In this document: in pieces, positions 17,903 through 27,368 of the stretch
How positions within the stretch are numbered: position 1 is the first letter of the stretch
How the letters are laid out: each line of letters begins with the position of its first letter
Origin: Gemmatimonadaceae bacterium
GTDB lineage: Bacteria > Gemmatimonadota > Gemmatimonadetes > Gemmatimonadales > Gemmatimonadaceae
Direction of reading: 5' to 3'
Length of the DNA: 64,000 nucleotides
NCBI GenBank assembly: GCA_051859245.1
Contig: JBHYGA010000005.1
Location: 288,001-352,000, forward strand
Notes under the pieces: model-generated
Seen by the model: only the letters and a program-made list of their open reading frames with translations
The model's database searches: none
Told to the model about the DNA's origin: nothing
Position numbers and translations under genes: made by a program

Positions 17903-19095
17903 CACGCGCCCAGCAGACTCTCGAAGTGGCCAAGTGGGAGTTCAATCGTTTTGTGAAGTGGCGTCAGCAGTTCATCGGATTGATTGTGATGGCGGTGTTC
18001 GCAATAGGTGGCGCACTCATCGGCAAGGCGGTCAAGGGGAGCAAATCAAAAGAAGCCCTGGTCGCGGTGGTCGGCTCTGAAAATCTCGGCTTTCCGCTAC
18101 CGGCAGTTGCCAGTGTGCGTTGGGATTCCACACAAGTCTGGAGCGTGGAGCGCGCGCGAGCGGCACTTACCAACGGCGACTTGAATGGCGTACTCATCGT
18201 GTCGTCGCCACGCGAGGCCTCAATACTGGTGCCCAAGCGCAGCGCCTGGACCGAGCCCCTCGGTGTCGCGCTGAACGGTGCGCGTCAGCAAGCCGCGATG
18301 CAGCAGTTGGTCATGACACCCGAACAACGCGAGGCAGTATTTACGCCGCTGTCCGTGACCACAGATTTCCTCACGGCCGGTGGAGCCGCCGTGGCCAAAT
18401 CCACGCGCATCTTTGTGTTCGCAATCCTCGGACTCGGGCTGCTCATGCTCTTCTCGGGCTTCGGCACCATGTTCATTGGCATTACCAGCGAAAAGACGCA
18501 GCGTGTAACCGAGCAGATTGTCGCGATGGTACCACCGCAGACGTGGATGGATGGCAAGATTCTCGGGCTCGCGAGTTCCGCGATGGTTGGGTCGCTGATC
18601 TTCGCGCTCGGCTCTATCGTGATCGTGCTGGTGTTGCCCAAGCTCATGGGCACCAGCAGCATCAGCATTCCACCGATCGCGTCCGACTACGGCACCCTGT
18701 TGCTGATTGTGCTCATCACATTGCTCGGCGTGGCCATGTGGTTCTCGGTGATGGCGGCCATCGCGGCAACCATTGATGACCCGAACAGCTCAACACGTTC
18801 GATTCTGCTCTTCCTGCCCATGCTGCCCAGCGGTCTCGCGCTCATGCTGGTGTCGAAAGCAGAAACGAATCTCGCGCAGATCTTCTCCATGTTTCCGCTC
18901 ACGGCCATGAGCGTACTCCCCATGCGACTCATGCTCACCACGGTTCCGTGGTGGGAAGTGGTTGTCGCGCTGGGTGGGCTTGTGCTTGCTGTCTGGATGT
19001 TCAGACTGCTGGCCGGAAAGATCTTCTCGGCGGCAATCCTCATGCATGGCAAGGAACCAGGTGTGCGCGAGTTGTGGCGCTGGATGCGGGCCTGA
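17899..19095 (+). CDS. ABC-2 type permease (NatB-like)
   Basis: ATGA overlap with the ATPase gene, ITSEKTQRVTE...GKILG motif, multiple TMs. Confidence 0.88.
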   Translation: MTRAQQTLEVAKWEFNRFVKWRQQFIGLIVMAVFAIGGALIGKAVKGSKSKEALVAVVGSENLGFPLPAVASVRWDSTQVWSVERARAALTNGDLNGVLIVSSPREASILVPKRSAWTEPLGVALNGARQQAAMQQLVMTPEQREAVFTPLSVTTDFLTAGGAAVAKSTRIFVFAILGLGLLMLFSGFGTMFIGITSEKTQRVTEQIVAMVPPQTWMDGKILGLASSAMVGSLIFALGSIVIVLVLPKLMGTSSISIPPIASDYGTLLLIVLITLLGVAMWFSVMAAIAATIDDPNSSTRSILLFLPMLPSGLALMLVSKAETNLAQIFSMFPLTAMSVLPMRLMLTTVPWWEVVVALGGLVLAVWMFRLLAGKIFSAAILMHGKEPGVRELWRWMRA

Positions 19096-19132
19096 AGGTG
19101 CTGCCGAACCTACGGGGCAGCGCACGAGCCGA

Positions 19133-19951
19133 TCAGCCCGTGTAGAGCCCCGCCGCGGCCTTCGACGATACGACAATGCCTTTAATCATGGCCGAGCTGA
19201 GCCCTTGATGCTCCATCTCGTTCAGCCCGGCGATGGTGCACCCACGCGGCGTGGTCACGCGATCAATCTCACGCTCGGGGTGCGCGCCGCTCTGTAACGC
19301 CAGCGCGGCCGCACCCTTGGCGGTCTGCGCGGCAAGCAGTGCGGCATCTTCGGGATGAAATCCGATTTCAATGCCGCCTTGCATGGCGGCGCGTACCGTG
19401 CGTAGGAAAAACGCAATGCCGCACGCACACAGTGCCGTTGCCGGCACGATCATTTCTTCTTCGATGACGAGCGTGCGACCCACGAGATCAAACAGCGTGA
19501 TCGCAGACGTGAGCGCACCACCGTCCCGCGCGTGACCGGCAATGCAGGTCATCGATTCGCCAATGCTCACGGCGGTATTTGGCATGGCGCGCACAATGTC
19601 GACGTGATCGCCGAGCACGCGCTGCATGTCGGCGATTGAGGCGCCGGATACCACCGAGATCACATGGTGTCGCGTGGTGTTGATCACAGGCGCGATCTCG
19701 GCCAGCAAGGCTGGCAACTGACGCGGCTGCACCGCCAGAACGACAATCGCGGCCTCCGACACCGCGCGTGCATTGTCTGCATGCACGGCGATGCCGTCTG
19801 CCGCGAGAGCGCTGAGTTTATCAACCTGTCTCCGCGTCACGGTGACCTGCGACGGAAGAAAACGACCCGCGCGCACCCATCCCCGCGCGAGCGCGACGCC
19901 AAGGTTTCCGCCACCGAGAATGGCGATCTGTTCAGAACTTGGCGTCGTCAT
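19133..19951 (-). CDS. proC: Pyrroline-5-carboxylate reductase
   Basis: ILGGGNLG, LAVQP, RAMPNT, VTTPRGCTIAGL. Confidence 0.93.
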   Translation of the reverse strand: MTTPSSEQIAILGGGNLGVALARGWVRAGRFLPSQVTVTRRQVDKLSALAADGIAVHADNARAVSEAAIVVLAVQPRQLPALLAEIAPVINTTRHHVISVVSGASIADMQRVLGDHVDIVRAMPNTAVSIGESMTCIAGHARDGGALTSAITLFDLVGRTLVIEEEMIVPATALCACGIAFFLRTVRAAMQGGIEIGFHPEDAALLAAQTAKGAAALALQSGAHPEREIDRVTTPRGCTIAGLNEMEHQGLSSAMIKGIVVSSKAAAGLYTG

Positions 19952-19974
19952 CTGCTACTCCTTTTGGGGAAGGC

Positions 19975-20103
19975 TTACGGCCCGAACCCCGGCGGCGCTT
20001 TCTCCTCCGCCGGGCTCGTCATCACCTTGTAGAAACACCAGAACGTGCCCACCCACACAAGCGTGAGCGACGAAATCATGAAGATCCAGCCAAGCGTAGT
20101 CAT
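19975..20103 (-). CDS. 42-aa single-TM protein, probable NSS transporter small subunit (MetS-like)
   Basis: Not in the ORF track. MTTLGWIFMISSLTLVWVGTFWCFYKVMTSPAEEKAPPGFGP, with an AAGGAG SD overlapping the transporter stop codon. Confidence 0.8.
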   Translation of the reverse strand: MTTLGWIFMISSLTLVWVGTFWCFYKVMTSPAEEKAPPGFGP

Positions 20104-20115
20104 GGTGCGCGCTCC

Positions 20116-21714
20116 TTAGTCCGCAGGATTGTTGTCATCAATATCTACACCGGCCGCACGCAGACGCTTCTCGCCCACCATGGTGACGACCACGAGATAC
20201 ACCAGAATGCCAGCGATGGTGAGCATGCCCACGCGCGAACCCGTGTTGGCCCACGACGCCTGCAATGACGCGCTGAAGTTCTGAATGGTGAAGCCCACGA
20301 ATACAATGATCAGATACGCCGGGGCCACGAATTTCATGACGAACTTGAAGATGCTCGGCACCTGAATCGACGCGCCCTGATGCAGTTCGCGCCAGCCGCG
20401 ATCAATGCCGAACACCCACGCGAAGTAGATGATCTGCACCATGGCCAGCACAAAGATCAGATACGTACCCACCCAGAAGTCCACCGTGCTCCAGAACGCG
20501 CCGCCAGCGGTGAACCACAGCGTGAGAATCGCACCGAGCGTACCAATGATCGCGATCACGCTGGTTGCTTTGCCGTGCGTCCAGTTGGTGGCTTCCTTGA
20601 GGTGCGCAATCGCCGGCTGATACATGGACAGCGAGCTGGTGATTGCCGCCAGCCACAGCATGAAGAACCACACCGCACCGATGATGTTTTCAAACGCGCC
20701 CATCTGTGCGAAGACCACGGGCAGCGTGTTAAAGCCAAGGCCGAACGAGCCTGTCGCAACAGCCGCTGTCGTGCCGCTCAGTCCCAGGAAGACAAACGCG
20801 GCCGTGAGCGTGATCATGCCGCCAAAGCCCACTTCAAACAACTCGTTCGTTGCGCTGGCCGTGAGTCCCGAGAGCGCCACGTCATCTTTCTTGCGCATGT
20901 ACGACGCGTAGTTGATGATCACGCCGAATCCAACCGACAACGAGAAGAAGATCTGCGAGGCGGCAGCAAGCCAGGTCTTGAAGTTGCCGAGCGCCGCGAA
21001 GTCTGGGTTCCACATGTAACCCAGTCCGTTGATCACATTCTGTTCGGGCAACGCAGGGTCGGGTGTGCCGAGCGTGAGTACGCGAATGAGTACAACGAGC
21101 GCACACACGGCCATAATCGGCATCGCAAACGAGACAAACTTCTCGATGCCCTTGGACAGTCCGCGAAACACGAAGAAGATATTGATCGCAAAAACGACCA
21201 CCCAGCTGATGACCGTGTACTTCGAGTCACCGGTGAACAACACGCCGTCGCCCGATGCGCCGGTGATCGAGGAGTAAAAGCTTGCAGACGCGGCGGTCTG
21301 CTCGGCAATCGGTGTGCCCTGCACAATACCGATACCGCCAGCGAGATACTTCAGGAAGTACGCAAACGTCCACGTTTCAATGAACACGTAGTACGTAGAC
21401 ACACCGAGCGGGATGAGTACGCCGAGCACGCCGAAGTAGCGGGCGAGACGACCCTTACCAATTGCGCCCATGATCATCGGAGCGCCGTGCAATCCCTTCT
21501 TGCCGCCGTAGCGGCCCATCGTCCACTCGGCCCATCCGATCGGAATACCGAGCAGAAAGAGCGCGCAGAAATACGGAATAAGGAATGCACCACCGCCGTT
21601 TTCGGCGGCCTGTCCTGGGAAGCGGAGGAAGTTGCCCAGTCCGACGGCGGAACCGGCCACGGCGAGAATCACGCCGAGTTTTGAGCCCCACTCTTCTTTG
21701 CGTTCTGACGACAT
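20116..21714 (-). CDS. Sodium-dependent transporter, NSS/SNF (LeuT) family
   Basis: AGSAVGLGNFLRFP, GGGAFLIPY, QIFFSLSVGFG, AAITSSLS. Confidence 0.93.
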   Translation of the reverse strand: MSSERKEEWGSKLGVILAVAGSAVGLGNFLRFPGQAAENGGGAFLIPYFCALFLLGIPIGWAEWTMGRYGGKKGLHGAPMIMGAIGKGRLARYFGVLGVLIPLGVSTYYVFIETWTFAYFLKYLAGGIGIVQGTPIAEQTAASASFYSSITGASGDGVLFTGDSKYTVISWVVVFAINIFFVFRGLSKGIEKFVSFAMPIMAVCALVVLIRVLTLGTPDPALPEQNVINGLGYMWNPDFAALGNFKTWLAAASQIFFSLSVGFGVIINYASYMRKKDDVALSGLTASATNELFEVGFGGMITLTAAFVFLGLSGTTAAVATGSFGLGFNTLPVVFAQMGAFENIIGAVWFFMLWLAAITSSLSMYQPAIAHLKEATNWTHGKATSVIAIIGTLGAILTLWFTAGGAFWSTVDFWVGTYLIFVLAMVQIIYFAWVFGIDRGWRELHQGASIQVPSIFKFVMKFVAPAYLIIVFVGFTIQNFSASLQASWANTGSRVGMLTIAGILVYLVVVTMVGEKRLRAAGVDIDDNNPAD

Positions 21715-21871
21715 GTTGCGTGGTGTCAGTGAAATAGATGATCACGTGCACGTGCCTTGTTGGCATTCAACAAACACGGTGCATCGCGCGGCCGCTGCAT
21801 TGCGACCGGTAAAACAAGGGAACTGCCTGGCCAGACGTTCGCCGCCTCAAAGCTCAACGGCGTGAGAAGGA

Positions 21872-22249
21872 TCAGCGTTGCGGCGGCGGCGTGGCGAAGC
21901 CGAGCAGCATGGCACCGCCAAGCCGGCGGCACTGCACCACGTCACTCCAACGCAACGCACTCTTGTGGTGGCCGTTCGCGGGTGCCCGTTCTGCGCTGGG
22001 GCCCGCGGTTGGTGCGCGGACCACACTGCGCATTTCGACCGATACCATTTCCACCTGCTCGCCGGTCTTCAGGCGGTTGGCGGGCAGCTCGCCATGCGAC
22101 TCGATCGTGGGCTGTTCGAGACGAACCGACGGTTGCGAGTCCGGTGTCTGCGCGTGCAGGACCTGTGCGGCTGCGCCGAGCGCGGTCAGCGCCAACCCTC
22201 CGACGACCAGGAGCGCTCGTCCGAGCGCGGCGACGCGATGGAGCAACAC
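21872..22249 (-). CDS. Hypothetical exported leader-like protein ending FATPPPQR (start uncertain)
   Basis: Signal-like LGRALLVVGGLALTALGAAAQVLHA-Q. Fills the gap upstream of the NSS transporter on the same strand. Confidence 0.4.
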   Translation of the reverse strand: MLLHRVAALGRALLVVGGLALTALGAAAQVLHAQTPDSQPSVRLEQPTIESHGELPANRLKTGEQVEMVSVEMRSVVRAPTAGPSAERAPANGHHKSALRWSDVVQCRRLGGAMLLGFATPPPQR

Positions 22250-22401
22250 GGAGGGGCGGGAGGTGGGGCGGGCGCAGGAAACGGTAACGGTGCAATCTTG
22301 GAGGGCGGTGCACAGGGCGCAAGCGGGAGGGCCCACAGGCGAGGCGCCGAGGCGCCAGCGGCGGGTCGGCACTCCGGTCGTTGCGGGCGCGTTTGCCCGC
22401 C

Positions 22402-23916
22402 GTGTCCCTCCAACTCGTCTGGTTTAAACGCGACCTCCGCCTGTATGACCACGCGCCGCTCTCGACGGCCGCGCGCCATGGTCCGGTACTCGGCGTGTAC
22501 GTGTTCGAGCCCGACGTCTTCGGTGCGCCCGACGCCGATGCGCAGCACTTCGCGTTTGTCGTGGAATGTCTGCGTGAGCTCAGGGCACGCCTGCGGACGC
22601 GCGGCAGTGAACTGCTGCTGCGCACCGGCCGCGCGGAGGAGCAGTTGGATCGCCTTGTGAACGCGTTGCCCGTGGCGGCGATATGGGCGCACGAAGAAAC
22701 GGGGAATGCAATCACGTACGCGCGTGATCGCCGGGTGCGCGCGTGGGCCAGACAGCGCGGGCTTCCGTTTCACGAACTGCAAGCCGGCGGTGTTGTGCGT
22801 CGGCTTGGATCGCGCGATGGATGGGCCGAGCAGTGGGAACAGGTGATGCGCGCGCCCAGAGCGCGTGCACCGGAGCGATTTGTGATGCTGCCGTGGGCCG
22901 AGGCGGCGTCGAACGCTGACGCGCCACTTCCCGGCGATCCGCCAACGCACACTGAAATGCCGGTGAAAAGTCACGCCACGCGTGTGCACCGTGTACGCGG
23001 AGGTGAACGTGCGGCGCACGAGACGCTGGCGTCGTTTCTCGCATCACGCGGTGTGGACTATCGGCGTGCCATGTCGTCACCGCTCACGGCGTTTGACGAA
23101 TGTTCGCGCATCAGTCCGCACTTGGCGTTTGGCACGCTCTCCGGGCGACAGGCGTGGCAAGCGGCGCAGCGTCGCGCAGCAGAATTGAAGTCGTTGCCAG
23201 AGGCGGATCCGCGTTGGCGCGGTGCCATTACATCATTTACGGCGCGTCTTGCGTGGCGTGATCACTTCATGCAGAAGCTGGAGAGTGAACCACGCATTGA
23301 ATACGAGCCATTTGCTCGAGCGTACGCAACGCTGCGTCCGCGCGAGGCCGATCCAGAGCGTCTCGCCGCATGGATTGAAGGACGCACTGGCTATCCGTTT
23401 GTTGACGCCTGCATGCGTGCGCTGCGTGCAGAAGGTTGGATCAACTTTCGCATGCGCGCAATGCTCGTGTCATTCGCGAGTTATCACTTGTGGCTGCCGT
23501 GGCAAGCAACCGCGAAAGCGCTGGCGCCGCATTTTCTGGACTACGAGCCCGGCATTCACTATTCGCAGTTCCAAATGCAGTCCGGCACGACCGGCATCAA
23601 CACGGTGCGCATTTACAATCCATACAAGCAGGGACGCGATCAGGATCCTGCCGGAGTCTTCATCAAGCGCTGGGTACCCGAGTTGGCCGATGTCTCAGTC
23701 GACGACGTGCACGCACCGCACGAAATGCCGGCGCTGTTCGCACAAATGTCAGGATTGAGACTCGGTCGTGACTATCCGCATCCCGTCGTTGATCACGCAA
23801 CCGCGTATCGCGAGGCGAAGGAAAAGATGTTCGCGTTGCGGGACACGGCGGCGGCGCGCAAACAGGCGGCGGTGGTGCTTGAGCGGCATGGGTCGCGGCG
23901 GGCGAGGCGCGAGTAA
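22402..23916 (+). CDS. Cryptochrome/photolyase-family FAD-binding protein
   Basis: VWFKRDLRLYDHAPL, SRISPHLAFG, RLAWRDHF, GRTGYPFVDACMR, NFRMRAM, RIYNP. Confidence 0.9.
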   Translation: MSLQLVWFKRDLRLYDHAPLSTAARHGPVLGVYVFEPDVFGAPDADAQHFAFVVECLRELRARLRTRGSELLLRTGRAEEQLDRLVNALPVAAIWAHEETGNAITYARDRRVRAWARQRGLPFHELQAGGVVRRLGSRDGWAEQWEQVMRAPRARAPERFVMLPWAEAASNADAPLPGDPPTHTEMPVKSHATRVHRVRGGERAAHETLASFLASRGVDYRRAMSSPLTAFDECSRISPHLAFGTLSGRQAWQAAQRRAAELKSLPEADPRWRGAITSFTARLAWRDHFMQKLESEPRIEYEPFARAYATLRPREADPERLAAWIEGRTGYPFVDACMRALRAEGWINFRMRAMLVSFASYHLWLPWQATAKALAPHFLDYEPGIHYSQFQMQSGTTGINTVRIYNPYKQGRDQDPAGVFIKRWVPELADVSVDDVHAPHEMPALFAQMSGLRLGRDYPHPVVDHATAYREAKEKMFALRDTAAARKQAAVVLERHGSRRARRE

Positions 23917-23925
23917 GGCGTTCGC

Positions 23926-24192
23926 CTAGCGACGACCAACCCGCGGATCCGGCGTCTCACCGGTAAGCGTGCGATAGAGAAAGTACACCAGTAGCCCCAC
24001 GAGTCCGCCCATGCGCGCGCACCAGAATGCGACGCCCATGGCAATCGACCAGGGCATGCGCGTGGGATGACCCGCCTCCGTGGTCGGAATTGATCCCGGC
24101 AGAAACGCGAGAAATCCTACCGCCGCGCCAATGAGCGCACCGATGATCACAAACTGGACACCCTTGAGCACCACCCGCCAGGAAGGCTTCAT
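23926..24192 (-). CDS. Small two-TM membrane protein
   Basis: Two hydrophobic segments, downstream of the kinase gene. Confidence 0.55.
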   Translation of the reverse strand: MKPSWRVVLKGVQFVIIGALIGAAVGFLAFLPGSIPTTEAGHPTRMPWSIAMGVAFWCARMGGLVGLLVYFLYRTLTGETPDPRVGRR

Positions 24193-24234
24193 CAACCAGA
24201 CGCTACCACTCCCGAACCGCGGTGTCGAGAGGCG

Positions 24235-26589
24235 CTACAAACAAACCCGCGCCGCTTCCTCCGCCGTGCGGCGCATTGGCTCGGCATAGCCTTGCTTGCC
24301 CCGAATGATCTGATCCTGTTCGCGCAGCATCTGGCACGCGGATTCCCGATCACCACGTGCGTATCGCAGGGTGCCAAGCGCCCGCAGCGTGGCGGCCAGA
24401 CTCGAGCTGCGAGACGGGCCACGTCGCTGAATCTCAAGCGCGTGCAGCAGCAAGGATTCTGCCGGCGCCCACTGCTGTGATTCCATGAGCAGTCTGGCGT
24501 AGTGCACTTCATCTTCCGCGACGTCGTCATGATCGCGGCCGAGCAAGCGATAGCGCAAGTCGAGTCCGTTACGCACGAGTGTGCGTGCCGAATCGACATC
24601 TCCGAGCCCGTGCATGGTCAGGCCGAGGTTGATGTAGCCGTTGCCCACTTCCGGGTTATCCTCGCCAACGCGTTCGCGCAGAATGGCCAGCGCTTGCTCG
24701 TACTGGTATTTCGCTTGCGTGTACGCACCTCGTGCACGCAGCGTGTGTCCGAGGTTGCGACGGCTCTGCGCAAGGGACATGCTTTGTGTTGGACGATACA
24801 ACGAATCCATGAAGAGTGCCGAGCGAATCAGACTGTCGGCCTCGAGCGCGTAACCGCGTCGCACAAGATGTACGCCCAGAGCGTTGAGGCCACGCGCCGT
24901 GCTGCTCGCCGTGTCACCTTTGAGGCGCCGAACCAGATCGAGACTCTGCCGCAACTCCTGCTCACCGTCGTTGCCACTGCCGGCGTAACTCAACAAGAGT
25001 CCCAGGTTTTGCAGATGTGCGGCGATTGTGAGCGAGTCTGGACGATCGCTTTTGCTATCGTACGCAAGTGCAAGTCGAGCAGCGTGCACCGCGCCGCCAA
25101 AATCACCCACGCCAAAATACGCGGAGCTGATCTGTGACAGCAGCCGCGCGGCGTCGATTGGAGCACCCACAAAGTCCCGTTCGATCCGCGCGACGGCACT
25201 GTCGAGCATGCGGCTTGGCGTTGGCAAACCGCCCGTTGTCGCGTACGGATACAGCGAGCTAAACATGCTCATCAAAAATCCGTTCACGCGTTCGGCACGG
25301 TCACTTTGCGCAATCGCGATCATGGCTTCGGACCGGATACGTCGTGACTGCACTGCCGTGATCGTGGTGAACGACAGCAGCACAACCGATGCGACTGCGC
25401 CGAGCACCACGGCGCTCCGATGTCGCGTCCAGAATCGTGTCAGGCGATAACCAAGCGTTGCCGGCCGTGCGCGCACCGGTCGATTCGCGAGAAAGCGTTC
25501 GATATCGCTCGCCAGGGCGTCGACCGTACGGTAGCGGCCCGTTGGCGCAAATCGCAGCGCCGTGCTCAGGATCGCATCCAGATCCTCCGAGACGCGCAAT
25601 CCAGAATCACGTACTTGCGACGCGGGCGGGATGTCCTCGCGCTCGAGCACATCGAGCCAACGATGCGGCGGCACATTGCCGAGATCAACCGGCCGACGAC
25701 CGGTGAGCAGTTCATACAGCATGACACCGAGTGAATACACATCGCTCGCCGTAGACACTGATTCACCACGCAGCTGCTCAGGACTCGCGTACGCCGGTGT
25801 GATCAACATCGTTGGTGGACCGTCTGCTGCAACGATCGCGGCATTCGCGCTGTTGTCCGCATCGGCGAGCACTTTGGCCACACCAAAGTCGAGCAGTTTG
25901 ACATTGCCACCGGCGGTTACCAGCACATTCGACGGCTTGATGTCACGATGAATCACCAGATTTTCGTGCGCGTATTGCACCGCGGCGCACGTTTGCAGAA
26001 AGAGTTGCAGGCGCGCCGTCAGCGACAGCTTGCGCGCCGTCGCATGCTCCACCAGCGGGAGTCCCTGCACGTACTCCATCGCGAAGTAGGGACGTCCATC
26101 CTGCGCCACACCGCCGTCGAGGAGCCGCGCAATGTTGGGGTGCACAAGGCGCGCCAGTGTTTGCCGCTCACTCAGAAAGCGCTGGGCAAAGCTGAGGTTC
26201 GCACGTGTGTTCTGCCGGACCACTTTGAGTGCCACTGGCATGTCGAACTGCCCGTCGGCACGTTCGGCATAATACACCACGCCCATGCCACCATCGCCGA
26301 TGCGGCGCGCAATGCGGTACGGGCCCACCAGCGATCCGGCGTCGAGCAACTCGCCATTGCCCTGCTCGGCGAACACGGGCAACAGTGGAGCGGCCAGATC
26401 AAAAGCCGTGCCGGAAAAAATCTGATCGTCATCCCTGAGCATGCGCTGAACGGCGACATGCAACTCCGGATCTTCGCGCGCGCAGCGTGACAGCCACACG
26501 TCTCGTTCGGCGCCGGTGAGTTCGAGCACCGTGTCGAGCGCCGGTTCGAGACGAGCCCAGAGATCTGACGACTCCAGCGGATGACTCAT
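24235..26589 (-). CDS. Ser/Thr kinase with TM and extracytoplasmic TPRs (ECF-associated)
   Basis: IGDGGMGVVY, VALK, HRDIKPSN, KLLDFGVAK, TPAYASPE, TM, kinesin-light-chain-like TPRs. Confidence 0.92.
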   Translation of the reverse strand: MSHPLESSDLWARLEPALDTVLELTGAERDVWLSRCAREDPELHVAVQRMLRDDDQIFSGTAFDLAAPLLPVFAEQGNGELLDAGSLVGPYRIARRIGDGGMGVVYYAERADGQFDMPVALKVVRQNTRANLSFAQRFLSERQTLARLVHPNIARLLDGGVAQDGRPYFAMEYVQGLPLVEHATARKLSLTARLQLFLQTCAAVQYAHENLVIHRDIKPSNVLVTAGGNVKLLDFGVAKVLADADNSANAAIVAADGPPTMLITPAYASPEQLRGESVSTASDVYSLGVMLYELLTGRRPVDLGNVPPHRWLDVLEREDIPPASQVRDSGLRVSEDLDAILSTALRFAPTGRYRTVDALASDIERFLANRPVRARPATLGYRLTRFWTRHRSAVVLGAVASVVLLSFTTITAVQSRRIRSEAMIAIAQSDRAERVNGFLMSMFSSLYPYATTGGLPTPSRMLDSAVARIERDFVGAPIDAARLLSQISSAYFGVGDFGGAVHAARLALAYDSKSDRPDSLTIAAHLQNLGLLLSYAGSGNDGEQELRQSLDLVRRLKGDTASSTARGLNALGVHLVRRGYALEADSLIRSALFMDSLYRPTQSMSLAQSRRNLGHTLRARGAYTQAKYQYEQALAILRERVGEDNPEVGNGYINLGLTMHGLGDVDSARTLVRNGLDLRYRLLGRDHDDVAEDEVHYARLLMESQQWAPAESLLLHALEIQRRGPSRSSSLAATLRALGTLRYARGDRESACQMLREQDQIIRGKQGYAEPMRRTAEEAARVCL

Positions 26590-26636
26590 GTGGTCAAGGC
26601 GAGGTGGCGTGAAAATTCGGTGGAGCGTTCCTGCCG

Positions 26637-27218
26637 TTAAGGCGTCGAGTCGGGTACGTCTCCGGACATCACGGCCGCGAGCCACGCCTTGGCCTTGATC
26701 CAGTCGCGGCGCACAGTGCGTGCGGTCACACCAAGCGCCGCCGCAGTTTCCTCTTCTGTCATCCCAATAAAAAATCGACACTCCACGACCTGCACCAATC
26801 GTGGCGAGAGCGCGCCAAGTCGCGTAAGCGCGTCGTCAAGTGCGATCAAGGTGTCGGCCGACTCATCGACAGACACCGGGAGCTGGTCGAGATTGACAGC
26901 GATCGGAGTCTGACCACGCTTGAGTGCATGTCGTCGACGTGCGTGGTCCACCAGAATGTGCCGCATGGCCGTGGCCGCCACGGCGAGAAAGCGGCTCCGA
27001 TCCTCCCACGGGATACGCGTGGAATCCACGAGGCGAAGATACGCCTCGTGGACGAGTGCGGTCGTGTCGAGGGTGTGTCCCGTTCGTTCGCTGCTAAGCG
27101 CATGTCGCGCGATACGCCGGAGCTCGTCGTACACGAGTGGAAACACGACCTGCGCCAGCGCCGGATCGACGCCGAGTGCCAGCACCTGCTCGGTCAGGTC
27201 GTCGGGAGAATCGGTCAT
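26637..27218 (-). CDS. ECF sigma factor, kinase-associated (TIGR02999-like)
   Basis: LVYDELRRIA, HTLDTTALVHEAYLRL, AMRHILVDHARRR, TVRRDWIKAKAWL. Confidence 0.92.
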   Translation of the reverse strand: MTDSPDDLTEQVLALGVDPALAQVVFPLVYDELRRIARHALSSERTGHTLDTTALVHEAYLRLVDSTRIPWEDRSRFLAVAATAMRHILVDHARRRHALKRGQTPIAVNLDQLPVSVDESADTLIALDDALTRLGALSPRLVQVVECRFFIGMTEEETAAALGVTARTVRRDWIKAKAWLAAVMSGDVPDSTP

Positions 27219-27368
27219 GCGGGTGGCGCGGAGGGCATGCTGGGAAGGTTGGGCGCTGAGCTCGACTACCGGGCGCCACGGAATGTACGGGCGACCATGG
27301 AGCGAGCTCAACCGTGCCACGCCAACGGTTCATGCCTGCGCTTGCCAACCGCTGTACGCGCCCGCCTC

